Source: the human T2T-CHM13v2.0 reference genome, Homo sapiens. Taken from it: a DNA stretch of 64,000 nucleotides. The DNA lies in NCBI RefSeq assembly GCF_009914755.1, contig NC_060935.1, one strand, 5' to 3'. The notes beneath the pieces are model-generated. The model saw nothing but the letters and a program-made list of their open reading frames with translations, was not told where the DNA came from and searched no databases. A program made the position numbers and the translations under genes. Shown here in pieces: positions 42,880 through 57,535 of this stretch; position 1 is the first letter of the stretch, and every line of letters starts with the position of its first letter.

Positions 42880-43821
42880 TCAACTTACTTTTGGACAAAG
42901 TTTCCCCACAACCTTTTCTCGGATTTGGTGGGTCTTCACACAGTACACGATGGGATTCAACAGGGGTGGCACCAGCAGAAAAATATCAGCCATGAGGACG
43001 TGGATCATAGGAGACACATCCCTGGCAAACTGGTGGAGCATGGCAGCACTCAGCATGGGCACATAGAAGATAAGCACAGCACAGATGTGAGAGATGCACG
43101 TGTTGAGGGCCTTGAACTGCTGTCTGGGGGTAGCAATTCCCAGTACAGCCCTTAAAATCATAATTTAGGAGAAGGTAATAAACACCAAGTCCAGCATAGT
43201 AGAAAGTCCTGCACAGAGTCCGTAGACAACATTGACTGTGTTGTCAGAACACATCAGTTTCATGACATCCTGGTGGAGACAATAGGAGTGGGAGAGCAGG
43301 TTTTGATGACAATATCTCAGCCTTTGCAAGAGAAAGGGCAGTGGAAGGATCAAAAGAACATTCTTGGAAGTCAGAAGAACCCCTGTTTTGATGGCTCTGG
43401 GACTAGTTAAGATAGTGCTGTATCTCAAAGGACTGTGGATTGCCACATACCAGTCAAATGCCATTACAGACAGTACAGAGGCTTCACTGACTGTAAACAG
43501 ATGGATAAAAAATTCCTAGGCAAAGCATGGAGCTGCATGAATTTCATGGACATCAAATAGGAATAGTCCCAAAGTGATGGGTAAGGAAGACAGAGACAGC
43601 CCTAGGTCAGAGATGGAGAGCATGGAAAGCAAATAATACATAGGTTCATGGAGGCTTTGCTCTGTCTTGATAAAAAAGAGGACGGTAAAATTACCCATCC
43701 AAGAAAGAAGGTACACAGATAAGAAAGGAATGGATATCCAGGTGCGACTTTTCTCCAGTCCAGTGATCCCGATAAGGAGGAATCTAAGGACTTCCATTTT
43801 TGTGTCATTAAGAGGAGACAT
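42880..43821 (-). pseudogene. OR51A3P: OR51A-subfamily pseudogene (likely OR51A3P)
   Basis: 942-nt single-frame OR with TAG at 43516-43518, TAA at 43165-43167 and DRY->DWY (43450-43452); symbol assigned from recalled gene order. Confidence 0.85.
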
Positions 43822-46800
43822 GACACATAGGAAGATGCTTTACTAGGTGCTTACCTCAGTGCAGTTGGAAATTTCTTAAGTGAACTTATGGTAGAAGATA
43901 TTGCTTTCTGTTACATTATAGATACTAAGAGTAGATACTTCTTAATGTCAAACATCTATGTTTCTACTGTCAGTTCAGACTGAAAAAAAAAAAAAGAAAA
44001 CAAAAAGAAAGCCAAACATAAAAGCAAATGGGAAGAATATGAGTTGCTTCCTCACCCAGGAGTTTGTTGGAACTTGTTAAATTATCAAACAACTTAGGCT
44101 TTGCGCACTTAACAATTCAAGACAATCCTTTGACTACATGAAAATACTCATGTCTTAATCTCATAAAACCAGTTATCTTATTTCAATTTTATAAAAACTT
44201 CTTGAGCAAGGAAAGCAAAATTTTGAAGGGAACAGCACAGTTTACTCTGGATTAGGAGGGAAATTCATGAATTATCCCAAACCTATATTCATACCAGCAT
44301 ATATGTATAGGATGAACATTTGAAGTAATGGCAGAACTGGAAGTTCATAATTACATGATCTTAGGGTTTAAAAATAAAAAAACCTTTAGAAAATATGTAG
44401 TCTTACCCTCCTTCCTGTATAGAAGGTAGTCTAAATCACGCTGAATGAGTAGTCATCAACAAATACATCCTAATTTCTCCCCAGTATTAGCATATTAACT
44501 AATACCTAAAGCCATCTACTTCATGGTGGAATACTCAGATTAGTTTTCTTCCTTGAATTGAGTTGATATATGTTTCTTAAATTTGTTAATCTTATTTTCT
44601 CTTCAGGCACGTAATCTAGTCCCATTCACACAAAATAGCTTCCTTATTATTTTCCTGATTTATTATTTGATGTCTATCTTCTCCCTTAACTATTATATAA
44701 GGGGAGAGAATCATGTTTACACTGTTCACTGTTGCATTTTTAACACCTAGCATAGTAAATGGAAATTAGTTGTAGCTCCAAAATTATTTAATGGAATATC
44801 ATTTACCAAAGTTAAAGATGGTAATAATTTCCCCCATTCTTCAGGCTACACTTCACTTATTTCATCAAATAAAATGTGTCTGATTTTTACCTCTTGGTTT
44901 GTCTTATTTTAGAGTCCTCATTCAGTGCTCCTCAGACGGCAAAATGTATTAGCCCTTCTTAATATCTCAGAACACAGTTCCTCGGCTGTTTTCCTAAAAG
45001 AGTGGCTATCTTTTCCAAAGTTGTTATCTGTATAGGTTGTATTTTCCATTATTGTAATCATTTAGGAATTATTAACTCTCTATTTAAACATTCATGCAAT
45101 TTTCCTCATTTTTAATTACCTGTCAATGTTGGATTCAGACTTTTCTAAGAATATGGACAGTATGGGAAAACCTTGGCTCCAAGGAAAGTATAATTTCTTA
45201 GTGCTTATGGGGTCTATTGGCTGCTTTGTTGAGAGACTTTTTCCTTCTTCACAACCTCTCAATGTGCCCAAATTTCTATCCCAGGACCTTGCTTCCTTGG
45301 ATATCTATAGCCTATTAAGAATAAATATTTGGAACTTAAGAGAAAGGCCAAGCCACAGATAATGACATAAGATATATCACTTATGAATTTACACATCCTC
45401 TGAAACTTCTTAAGCCGTATACCTTGCTTTCTTTACTGTACTAGCTACAGCTAAAATAGTCTTATGTCAATAGACTGTGGCCATTTGTGTTCTGGCATTT
45501 GTCTCACCATTGTCTTAAAGATTGCATTATTCTTTAGAGGTAGTCACTATTGAGATTTAATTAAAATATATAGGACAAACACCCCCAAATGTAATTATTA
45601 TATTATATATTATTATATTTAACTTGTAGATAATAATATGCTATTTTGATTAATGATCTATATAGGTTTTCTCACTTAGGTGATTATTTTATCCATTTTA
45701 TACATAAAACAACACAAAATCTTAGAGAGGTGCAGTGACTTAAGGTAGAATCATGTGATAATACAGATATACATCCTTCTCACACGTATCATACAGACTG
45801 GGCATGCCTGGATGGACATTCCTAATACTTCCCCAGACACATACTGCCCACCAAAGTGTACACTCTGTCTCTCCTTGAAAATTCTACAATACGCTTAATC
45901 TCCACGACATCTTATTTTTCTTGTTAATTTAACATTTAGTCCATCCTTTCAGAATCCAAACAGAAGATGTAATGCAAATTTTGTCAGATATTTTGAAAAA
46001 GTAGGATTTTGTCTTACCATTTTAAATCAGTGTGATACTTTGCTATAAAATCAGTGATAATAAAGTGATCAGAAGTAGGAAAGAATCCTTTAAGCTCCTC
46101 TTTTATGCTTGTAGGCACTGTTTTATGAAGCTCTAAGAGCCCCTTGGGATGCCTAACAGCAGGGGCTGTTTGAAAGAATAACACAATACTTGATGGAAAA
46201 GCTTCTAAACGTTGACTCAAGGGACACAAATCTAGGGCCAAACTCATAATGCAGACTTTGGCAGAGAAAACTGCATGTGATCAGAAGTTGGGGGTCACAT
46301 TCAAACCCAGCCCCTGTTCATTAGCTCTTGACCTTGGTTCATTTTCCCCTAGCTATAATTAGCCAGTATATCCAGAGGCAGATCAGCTAGTTGTTTTAGC
46401 GTCCCAAGTTCCAAAAGAGATCAGATCATTAATAGTGCATACTAATTTCCCTCCAATTGGAAATTATACTCCCCTGTCTATAGGCTTATTGACCATTTAA
46501 ATCTCCTCTTTTGAAGTATCTGTTCAAAGCTTTTGTTCTCTTTCTGTTGGATTATATACCTTTTCCACATTTATTTAAATAAAGAATGATTTTTTATATA
46601 CATAGGATAAGCCATTTGCTAGCTAAGCATAGCATATTTATTCTTTCACTCTATCACTTGCCTCTTTAGTCCCTTAGTCAATCCTGCTTATCCAATCAAT
46701 AGAATCAGTCATGATATTTTATGTAGATTTACACTACCTTTACTTTGTAGGCAGAAGATTCTCTTTGTAACAAGAATGAACAAACCATGGGCCAGCAACC

Positions 46801-47014
46801 ACATATAGCCAGCCTGTCTTTTCAGTGTAAATCATATCCAATTTACCTACTAGAATGCACTTATAATCTAATTAGATATGTGGAAATTAGAAAGAGACAA
46901 ATTCATTATGGATTTTCACTTTTCACCTGAAATCTTTGTAAGTCTTCCTACCTCTGTAAATACACAAACACATACGAGTTCTTATACAGTTGGTGATAAT
47001 GAATTGCTTTAGTA

Positions 47015-47182
47015 CTGTGTTTCTTAAACTTTAATGTGCAAATAAATTATCTGAAGAGTTTGTTAAAATGAATATTTTGATTCAGTAGATTTTGAATGGG
47101 ATGTAAATCACTATATTTTCAATAAGTTCCAAGGTGATTCTTATGCTGGTCATCCAAGACCATCATGCTTGAGGCATGCTGC
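47015..47182. mobile_element. MER5A-like hAT-Charlie DNA transposon relic
   Basis: TTTCTTAAACTTTAATGTGCA...TTGTTAAAATG...GATTCAGTAG...AAGTTCCAAGGTGATTCTTATGC. Confidence 0.75.
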
Positions 47183-47338
47183 TTGACTATCATGCTACAT
47201 TTTCTATTAGATGGAAGCAAATCTGTCAATAATGTTTAATCTGTTTGGGAGGTTATTCATTTTTATAAAAAGGAAAAAAATAGAAATAAACAAGCAAACT
47301 GTTTGCTGCAGGTTCTTTTTTTTTAAAGTAAAACCTGC

Positions 47339-47620
47339 TAGGCGCCGTGGCTCACGCTTGTAATCCCAGCACTTTGGGAGGCCGAGGCAGGTGGATCACG
47401 AGGTCAGGAGATCGAGACCATCCTGGCTAACATGGTGAAACCCCATCTCTACTAAAAATACAAAAAATTAGCCAGGCGTGGTGGCGCATGCCTGTAGTCC
47501 CAGCTACTCAGGAGGCTGAGGCAGGAGAATCACTTGAACCCAGGAGGCAGAGGTTGCAGTGAGTCAAGATCGTGCCACTGTGCTCTGCTCCAGCCTGGGC
47601 AGCAGAATGAGAGTCCATCT

Positions 47621-47664
<44 letters not shown>
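47339..47664 (+). mobile_element. AluS(c)-type element with a long pure poly(A)
   Basis: Alu body, A run 47622-47664, flanks AAGTAAAACC on both sides. Confidence 0.93.
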
Positions 47665-47666
<2 letters not shown>

Positions 47667-49035
47667 AAGTAAAACCCTACTCAGACTGCTGCCAAGAAGA
47701 ACATGCCTGATAAAAATTGTCTTTCCTAAATTAAGTTGACTAAGGACTGCTTCTGTTGTGTTAAAATGACAAAGTAGTGAGTCTTACATTAAAAAAAGTT
47801 TTAATTTTCTTTTTCAATTATACTACATTTGTTTGTTTGTTTATTATTTATTTATTTATATCCTGGATTCTCTTCAGGAGTTCTTGGATGTCTCTTTATC
47901 TTCTATTCTTGTTACTTTCTCTCCTATCTTATTGGGCCAGCTAGACCTGAATCAAAATTACAGGAGAGTGGTAATGTAGGGTATCCTTGTTTGTCTTGAA
48001 TTTTGAGAGAATGTTTTAATATTTTATCATTGACCTTTAGGCTTACTGCTTTTTATTGAGAAAGGGGTTTAAGTTTTACTTTCTAAAATTAGAGTAGTTA
48101 TCTTCTATTCCTTGATTTCTAAAAATCTTTTAAAATAATGATTGGCTATTATATTTTATTGAACTATTTTTGCTTTGGTTGCAATAAGATATTTTCATCT
48201 TGCTTTTGTGTTTAAGTGTGTTTTTAAGTTCTGATTATTTTAAGAATGTTAATGATCTCACAAATAACAAAAGGAGAAATTTTTCTGGCTTATCTACATG
48301 AAAAACATTCAGATATGGGCAAACCCATGGGTACACACACATAGACCCACACAAATATATTATACCTTTTTAATGTGACATGTATGGGGACTCAAATTCT
48401 CAAGCAAGAATAACACATTCAATTAACTGGATTGGGTTGATTGTACACAATTCAATATATTAAAGAATATTTTTTCATGGCATTGAAAATTCATTGGCCC
48501 TAGTAAAACTAAGATGTTTAGGTTGTACAGACAAGTAGTTGTCTACTTTAAAAATTACAGTATTGTTCTCATGTAACTCCTATATCATACAGGCATATTC
48601 TCTCCACCTAATTCACATATTCTCTACTTGGACTAAATGATGCTCCCCTTCGTCCCTTATAATTTTGTAGTGTTCCATCCCTTACAATGTTTTCCCATAA
48701 ACCTCTCACAAATGACCAATGTCCAATAGAAAAACAAAATGAAACACAACGAAACAATAAGAAGACTTACTAGAATCTTTTTAAAAAGTATTTGAACTTG
48801 CCTTTTGGTAAGGTTTACATCCTTTGCATTCATCTTTGTACACTTTCATGTGTGATTAATAAGTCTTTTAACATCTCTCAAGTGAAGTCTTTCAGTTTTC
48901 TCAGTTTTTCACTGGTTTCCTTTCTGAGGAACTTCTCTGGTATCAGATTGACCCTAGGTGCTGTGTAGGTGATCTCAAGGTAATTTGTTTAACCATGGGG
49001 CTTAATCATTTGTTATTTGATAGTTACATTTAGAC

Positions 49036-49257
49036 TAAGGTTTTTTTAATGCTTGGCACCACTGACATTTTGTGCTGGATAATTCTTTTGGGTAAGGGCT
49101 ATCCTGTTCATTAAAGAATGGTTAGTAGCGTCTCCGGCCTCTAATCAGTGGAAGTCAGTGACACACCCACACCCCCAGGTTGCAACAACCGAAGATGTCC
49201 CCAGACATTGCCAAATGTCTCTTGGAGGTAACATTGCTGCCAGTTGAGAACCACTGT
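49036..49257. mobile_element. MER20 (hAT-Charlie)
   Basis: TTGGCACCACTGACATTTTG...GGATAATTCTTT...CCAGACATTGCCAAATGTC...CAGTTGAGAACCACTG. Confidence 0.9.
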
Positions 49258-51149
49258 TTAAGGAGCCCCAGAGTTGAGATTTTAATCCTCCAAAAACTAC
49301 ATTCTTCATTTCAGAAATATGTGAAAATCATTATGCTGACCATAAATCTTCACCTCCCCCATTGAGATTTATGTATCTTTATTTTATTTTTCATTTCATT
49401 TTATTAAGACTGTCAAAAACCCCTAAAATACAGATGATCTTTGATACTCTTTTATGTGACATCTATGTACAATATCCTGAAAGAATAAGATGCTATTAAA
49501 GCCACCTAATTACTCCTCATCTTTTTAGTGGAAATGAAGTCTTCATATTGGGCTGCCTATCCTCACACTGGGAGAATATGAGCTTCTATTTCTTTCAATT
49601 AATAAAATATGTCAACTACTGCTTTGTTGTACTACAACCCCAAACCCATATCTGTATTTGTAAGGTTTTGGAAAAGGTAGATAGATACAGTTATGCACCT
49701 CAAACATAGGAACAGTTCTTGCCCTGATCTGATGATAGGATTTTCTACACTAGGATAGGTTTGTGAAAACATACGTAGTCCTGAATTTAAAAACTAAAAT
49801 GTATTCAAGATAATACTATCCTGGAGCATCAGAGATTAGGTTTGAACCCCAGCTTTTGACTTCCTCTCTGTGTGAATTTCATTAAATCAAACTCTCAGAG
49901 CCTCAATCTCTTCAACTAAAATAAATAGGAAAAAACCTTTTATAAAAAGCTGGGTCATTGTTGAGAACAAATTTTTAAAATGCCTAAAAAGACCTGGAAG
50001 CATATCCTGCATAAATTAGAGGTTTACAAACAATGTTTGTATCTATAAAGATTTTCCATTAATTGTGAAGTACGGTCAGTTGTGGGCTGATTATTATTTT
50101 TTAAGCATTTGACATTCCTGGAAGGTGTTTCTTGATTCACCTGAGGATAGAAGTGTAGGAGACTTGAACTGACGTGGTTGATAAAAATGACTTGATTCAA
50201 TGGGTAGGTAAAATGAAAAGGCTAAAATGATTTTCGCAATATGCAAGATTTTGAGGTCATATTAGGAAGGAAAGTTGGACAATTTTTCAGCCACAAATCC
50301 AAGGCAATAAATTTGTCTTTAACATCATATCTTTTTTTTTTCCTGTTTTAAAAATCATTAGCATCAATGATATGCCTATATTTGAAATAGACAATTTAAA
50401 AAACTTGTATCCTACCTTGAAGAAATATTACTGAACTCCTCAGTGAACATCTTTTTCAACAAACATGGTCTTATTTTTAAATTCATTCATTAGCAATTAT
50501 TTATTAAAATCTACTCTGCATCAGAAGTGTCCTAGACATTAGGCAGGAAAAAATAAGAAAATAGATAGGTCTCTTCAATCACTTATAGTACACTTTATTC
50601 AAGAAGAAGAAAGAAATGAAATAAGGATAAAATATATCTGTAATTGCAAATATTAAGTATAATAAAGAATAAAGAATAAACCAGCAATGAAAGAGACAAA
50701 AGATGAAAGAATAAACCCGCAATGGAAGAGATAAAAGAGAAGATCATAATACAAACTAGGGCTAGGTAATCTATGAGGAAATTAAGCCAAAATTTAAAGA
50801 AAAAAATAGAAATGCATTATACAAAATTGGAGTCAAGAGCATTTTAACAAAAGAGATCTGATGTGAAAACTCAAGAAAGCAAAGAGCTCTGTAAATTCAA
50901 AAACTGTTCAGTAGGTTGATGTGGCTGGAGATTAATGAGTATCTGACGACGTTGAGTAAGTAGAAAGGGTCCAGGCCATGTAGGGTCTTAGAATATGTTC
51001 CTTATTGATTTAACTGTATTTCTAACAAAGGAAGAGTTCAAATTTAAAAGAGACACTTACACATTCAATTTGCCTATAGATTACTCTTGCATTTCATTGT
51101 GAATCAATTATAAGGCAGGGAACTTAGCAATATTTTATGAGAGAAATGC

Positions 51150-51309
51150 TGGTGACTGCAGACTACTGGTGGGGCAAGAGTGAAAGAGGCAGGATTGGAC
51201 TGAAAAACTATCTATTGGGTACTATGCTCACTACCCGGGTCCCATATAACCATGTAAAAATCCAGCACATGTATCCCAATATGGAATATAAATGATTAAA
51301 TTAAAAAAA
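51150..51309 (+). mobile_element. Old L1 (L1PB/L1MA) 3' end
   Basis: GAAAAACTATCTATTGGGTACTATGCTCACTACC...GCACATGTATCCC...A-rich end. Confidence 0.8.
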
Positions 51310-51709
51310 TGGTTGTATTCTAAGATGATTAAAATGGATAAAGAGACAGCTAATTTAGGTCTAGCATTAAAAGAACTTGGTATAAGAGATTGAATGTAGA
51401 TAATGAGAAATCCAACTTCTGTCAGAACTGTAAAAATTATCATTTTTCTGTCTTGGTTGTAATTTGTTGCTTGTATCAGAGATGCTATCATAAGACATTT
51501 ATTTTTATTCTGCTTAACTGAAATGGGGACATAAGGCAACGTACTTCCTGTTTATAGTTCTATTCTCATTCGCAGTATCCAGAGTGAATAAAATAACTCT
51601 ATGACAACAAAAATATGTGTTGATAATTCTTGGTGTCAAATATTAGGTTTCTCAAATTTACCTTAAATATCTTACCAGACATTTCCAGGTTTTCTGTCAC
51701 ATATGACTG

Positions 51710-52651
51710 TTAAATCTTCCGTTGACACAATTTTGCTACAACTCTCACTCTAATCTGTTTAGTTTTTACACAATAAACAATTGGGTTCATCAGTGGAGGT
51801 ACAAGTAGGAGAACATTTGCCATGAGAACATTAATGAGGGGAGAGACATGCCGGGCAAAGCGGTGGACAACGGCCAGGTTGATGATGGGCAGGTAGAAGA
51901 TGATCACTGCACAGATGTGTGAAACACAAGTATTGAGAGCCTTAAGCTGCTCCTTTTTGGATGCAATTCCCAGTACAGTCTTGAGGATCAGGGTGTAAGA
52001 CACAGCAATGAGAATAAAGTCTACCATAAGGCAGAGTGCTCCAAAAAAGCCATAGATAACATCAATTCTGTTGTCAGAACAGGCCAACTTCATGACATCC
52101 TGGTGGAGACAGTAGGAATGGGATAATTGGTTTTTCTTGCAATATCTCAAGTTTCTTAAAGTGAAAGGGAAGGGAAGAACCAGGAGCATGCTCTTAAAGG
52201 AGAATACTATCCCTATTTGGGCAACTCTGACAGTTGTCAGGATTGAGGTGTATCTCAGAGGGTTGTGGATGGCTAGGAATCTATCAAATGACATGATCAG
52301 GAGGACTGAGGACTCCAGTACTGAGAATCCATGAATGAAGAATTCCTGGGCAAAGCAGGCATTGGATGAAATTTCAGGAGCATTGAACAGGAAGATGCTT
52401 AACACAGTGGGCAGAGATGATAAAGACAAACCCAAGTCTGACATAGCCAACATGGAAAGAAAATAGTACATGGGCTCATGCAAGGAGGGCTCTGTCTTGA
52501 TGATAAAAAGAATGGTGCAATTTCCTAGAATAGCAATAAGATACATGCTGCAGATGGGGATAGAGATCCAGATGTGTGCATATTCTAGCCCTGGCATCCC
52601 AACCAAGAAGAAGGTGGTGATTTCAACATATGATGTGTTGATAATGGACAT
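51710..52651 (-). CDS. OR51A4: Olfactory receptor 51A4 (or OR51A2/OR51A4 hybrid), 313 aa
   Basis: Intact OR ORF; APEISSN, LRNLR, KKEQL, FARH and CQRKI match OR51A4 as I recall it, rather than OR51A2. Confidence 0.88.
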   Translation of the reverse strand: MSIINTSYVEITTFFLVGMPGLEYAHIWISIPICSMYLIAILGNCTILFIIKTEPSLHEPMYYFLSMLAMSDLGLSLSSLPTVLSIFLFNAPEISSNACFAQEFFIHGFSVLESSVLLIMSFDRFLAIHNPLRYTSILTTVRVAQIGIVFSFKSMLLVLPFPFTLRNLRYCKKNQLSHSYCLHQDVMKLACSDNRIDVIYGFFGALCLMVDFILIAVSYTLILKTVLGIASKKEQLKALNTCVSHICAVIIFYLPIINLAVVHRFARHVSPLINVLMANVLLLVPPLMNPIVYCVKTKQIRVRVVAKLCQRKI

Positions 52652-53111
52652 GATTCATTCATAGGGCTCTGCTATGAAAAATACAGATACACCTGACCTC
52701 AGGTGATCCGCTTGCTTGTGTTGGTAAAATAGGCATATCTGTAAATTTAGTAGAAAAAAAGCAGTGTTAAAATTTGTGGCTTCTTTCAGCTTTCTTTTGA
52801 GAGAACAAAGCATTTATGTGGCTATCATTATGAAGAGAGATGGGTAATACTTTAGAGTAGAATCTGTCTATTAATGCATTGGGAAAATTATTTCTGGACA
52901 TGTTATTTCTATAGAGAATCCAGGTTTAAATTTTGCAGTTAGTTACACGTCTGATTTTATTTTTCCTGTAAAATATGAGTAAATCCTAGTGAATTAACTG
53001 GAATGCTATACTAATTCTTTCTTTCAGATGTATGTTGTGATCTTCAGTTCTATGTGATCAGTTGCCAAAAAAGAAGTCAAGTGAAAGCCAAATAAATGAG
53101 AATATCTGGGC

Positions 53112-53600
53112 ACTTACCAGAGAGTGGATATTTTGGCGGGCATTTTTGATAAAAGCTAAAGAATCCTGATATACAAACCCAAGGCATTGCTGAATTTATC
53201 TGCCACAAAAGACTGCTCTTATTCACTTTTACCTAACCAGTGGCTCTCGGGTCACAGAGTTCTCTGGGGATTGCAGCCAGGGTGGATCTTTTCTGAAAAT
53301 TGGAATAAACATTTGCAGATACAGTAAATCTACAGAGATAGTTGTTACCAAGGAAACTAAAACAACATCTAGTAACACCTGTAATAAGGGATGATTTGTT
53401 TGGAGAGAGGTCCTTAATTGGCAGGTATTAGAGAGACATGGTAAATTCTCTGCAAAAGCTTGGATATTTCTGAATGGATAGTTGGCTTGTGTATTTCTCC
53501 TCTGCACAAGGCCAAGTCTAAGCAGAGATGCTATGAGTTGATTCTGCATTCAAGGAAGTGTTGCAGGACAAACATCCTGGGACACAATGTGTTATCCTAG
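53112..53600 (-). promoter_or_regulatory. Candidate 5' non-coding exon/promoter of the OR51A4-type gene
   Basis: Minus-strand donor CTG|GTAAGT at 53112-53120; O/E-like TCTCTGGGGA (~53262) and TCCTGGGAC (~53576); homeodomain-like TAATTG (~53415); acceptor TTTTTCATAG ~20 nt before the ATG. Inference. Confidence 0.4.
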
Positions 53601-54396
53601 ATTTTATTCCTGAATCCTGGATCCATCTCCCCGGACCCATTAGACATCGCTAACTAAATATCCCTTAAAACCAACTTGTCCAACTTAGACAAGTTTTTCT
53701 CCCTTACCAAATCTTCCTAGTTTAAGGGACCTACTTCAGTAATAAGCCTTTAAGAATTTGCAAGCCAAATATCTGAGATTCTTTGTCTTACATTTTGTAC
53801 ACAATAATGACCAATATTTCTTAGAAAATTAAATTGTTTTACTTACTGAGTTCCATTACCAGATGATGATTTGGAATCTTGAAATTTTTTAAATAATATA
53901 ATCAAGTTATATCATTATCTTCATTTTACTGATGAAGAAAATTTTTCTCAAGATCAAGTCGTCTGTTTAAGATCACAGAAGTGTTGTAGGGTAGAGGTAA
54001 GATAGCAACTCAGGTCTGTTATATTACTGATAATTAGGTGTATACCACACTGTCAGGATGGTCAAGCAATATTTAAAGAGTTATGAACTGAATGTAGCTC
54101 GTGAGAAGTAAAAGGCAATTTTTAAATTAAGATACACACATTTAAATATAAACAATGCCTGCCTGCTGTTTCATACTGGCATAAAAGCAATTTTTTTGAA
54201 GAAAATGTGTTTACATCATTGTAAAAACATAAACATTCCAAAGAGTTAAAGAATATATTTGCAAATAAAAGTAAAGTTAATCTATATCTTCTGCTTTCAC
54301 ACCAATTTGTAGAAAATTGGCATTATTCTACAAAGGGCATCCAGGTCAATTGCTCATCATAATGCCTTATTCTTTTTTCCTCTTTCTTTGTCCTCT

Positions 54397-55339
<943 letters not shown>

Positions 55340-55459
55340 ATCTCATATGATGCAAGAGTCTTATTTATTTTCTATAGAACAAGTTCAGATTTTTCTATTG
55401 TTGATTCTTTCCTAATATTCTTAAAATCTCATAATGCCTTACTCTGCTTCTCTCTTTTC

Positions 55460-55561
55460 ATATCTATCTATCTGTCTATCTATCTATCATGTCTCTATCA
55501 ACCATCTATCTTCTCTATCATCTATCATTTATATCCATCTATCATCTATCTGTATCTATCT
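55460..55561. repeat. Degenerate (TATC)n microsatellite
   Basis: Directly visible. Confidence 0.9.
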
Positions 55562-55894
55562 GGTTTGTTAATTTGTATTTTTCTTTCTCCTGTATCTTTT
55601 CTCTTTTCTCTAACTTACCATCTATAACAATATATGCCTGCTGTGTTTCTGAGGTGCTATTCCTGTAGTTACGCCTCTTGAGCTTTTGAATTGTTTTCCT
55701 TGAATTAAACTACATTTCCTCAGGTTGAATCCCTTGCTTAGTTTGATTTCTGTCTCTAAGTTGCTTATCAGAGGGTTAGTAATAAACATACCCACAACAA
55801 AATAAAGTTTTGAAGGAGATGAACAAGAAATAATAGGATAACTAGCAGAGAATACAGAGGAATTTCTAGATCCAATTAACAAATGCAGAAGATA

Positions 55895-56250
<356 letters not shown>

Positions 56251-57535
56251 TTACCACAAATATCAAAGGAGGCCATTATATCCACAGTTGTTACAAAATG
56301 CCTTTGTGCTGGGTATAGGATGTGTCTTCCTCAAATATGAGTTTGACCATTCTGTCTTCTCTTAATAAAAGTCAGAAAAATCTTCCAAGTCAACTCTCTT
56401 GATTGAAACACAATCCCTGCCCTCTCTTCTGCTAGGCTATACACACTTTAGCCTCTAGAATGTCATCACTCCCCCTACTTAAGTCCTCTGTTGCACGGGT
56501 CTATTTTCCCCTGAACACACCAGAAAGCATCTTGCTTCCATACCATTGCTTCAGAAGATGATCTGAAGTAAAGTGTGCAGGGAATTCATATTATCTCTTT
56601 AAGTGGTATCCAGTTCAATCATTTATTGTGTTGATTTATTTTCTTTTCTTGTCCTCTATTGCCCTCACGTATGTTACAAGACCCTTAGAGGTTTATTTTG
56701 CATATAATCAGCCCTAACTTGTTTATTGTTGACTGTTTTCTAAATATACTCATACTCTCACAATACTTTTCTCCATTCCTCTTTTTCTTGAATGTGTTTG
56801 TGCCTGTGTGAGTGTGTATGTGTATTCATTTTTCTCCTATATCTTTTTTCTCACCTTTAGACTCACAATCCATAAATCAAAACATATGGCTGCTGTGCTT
56901 CTGAGCTGTTACACCTGTGACCACTTCTCTTTGAGTTTTTGAAATTTTTTCACTGAATTTCATTTCAGCCCCGCCCCCCCACCCAGGAGAATGCCTTGCT
57001 GAGACTTCTGTCTCCAAGTTGGCTATTAGCAATTTAGTAATAAATATATTCTCAGCAAAATAAAATTTTGAAGCAAATGGACATGGCATAATGGGTTAAA
57101 TAGTGTTGAACAGAAAGAAAATTCTAGGTGCAATTGGCACATAGGAAGAAAATAAATATCTTAAAAGCAATTGATTGAATGGTGACTACATTCACGTTTT
57201 TGGATAGTACTTAACCACTAGTATCAATGGAGCTCAAAAATGCCTGTGTGCTATGTGCCTGATTTTTTTTTTTTCTGTAATGTTAGTTTGATTATTCTGT
57301 CTTAAGAAAGGTCATGATGCCCCACTCCACCTCAACTGTCAAACATCTTTATTGACATGCAAAGACCTGCTCTCTGCCCAGTCAGGCTAGACAAACATCC
57401 AGCCTCTGTAACATCATTCCCACCCCCCACCCACTTAAGTTTTCTGTTGCTGCTACGTGGGTCTATTATCTGCTAAACACATATACCATAAAACTTCCTT
57501 TTTCCATACTATTGCTTCAGAGGGTGATCTGCAAT

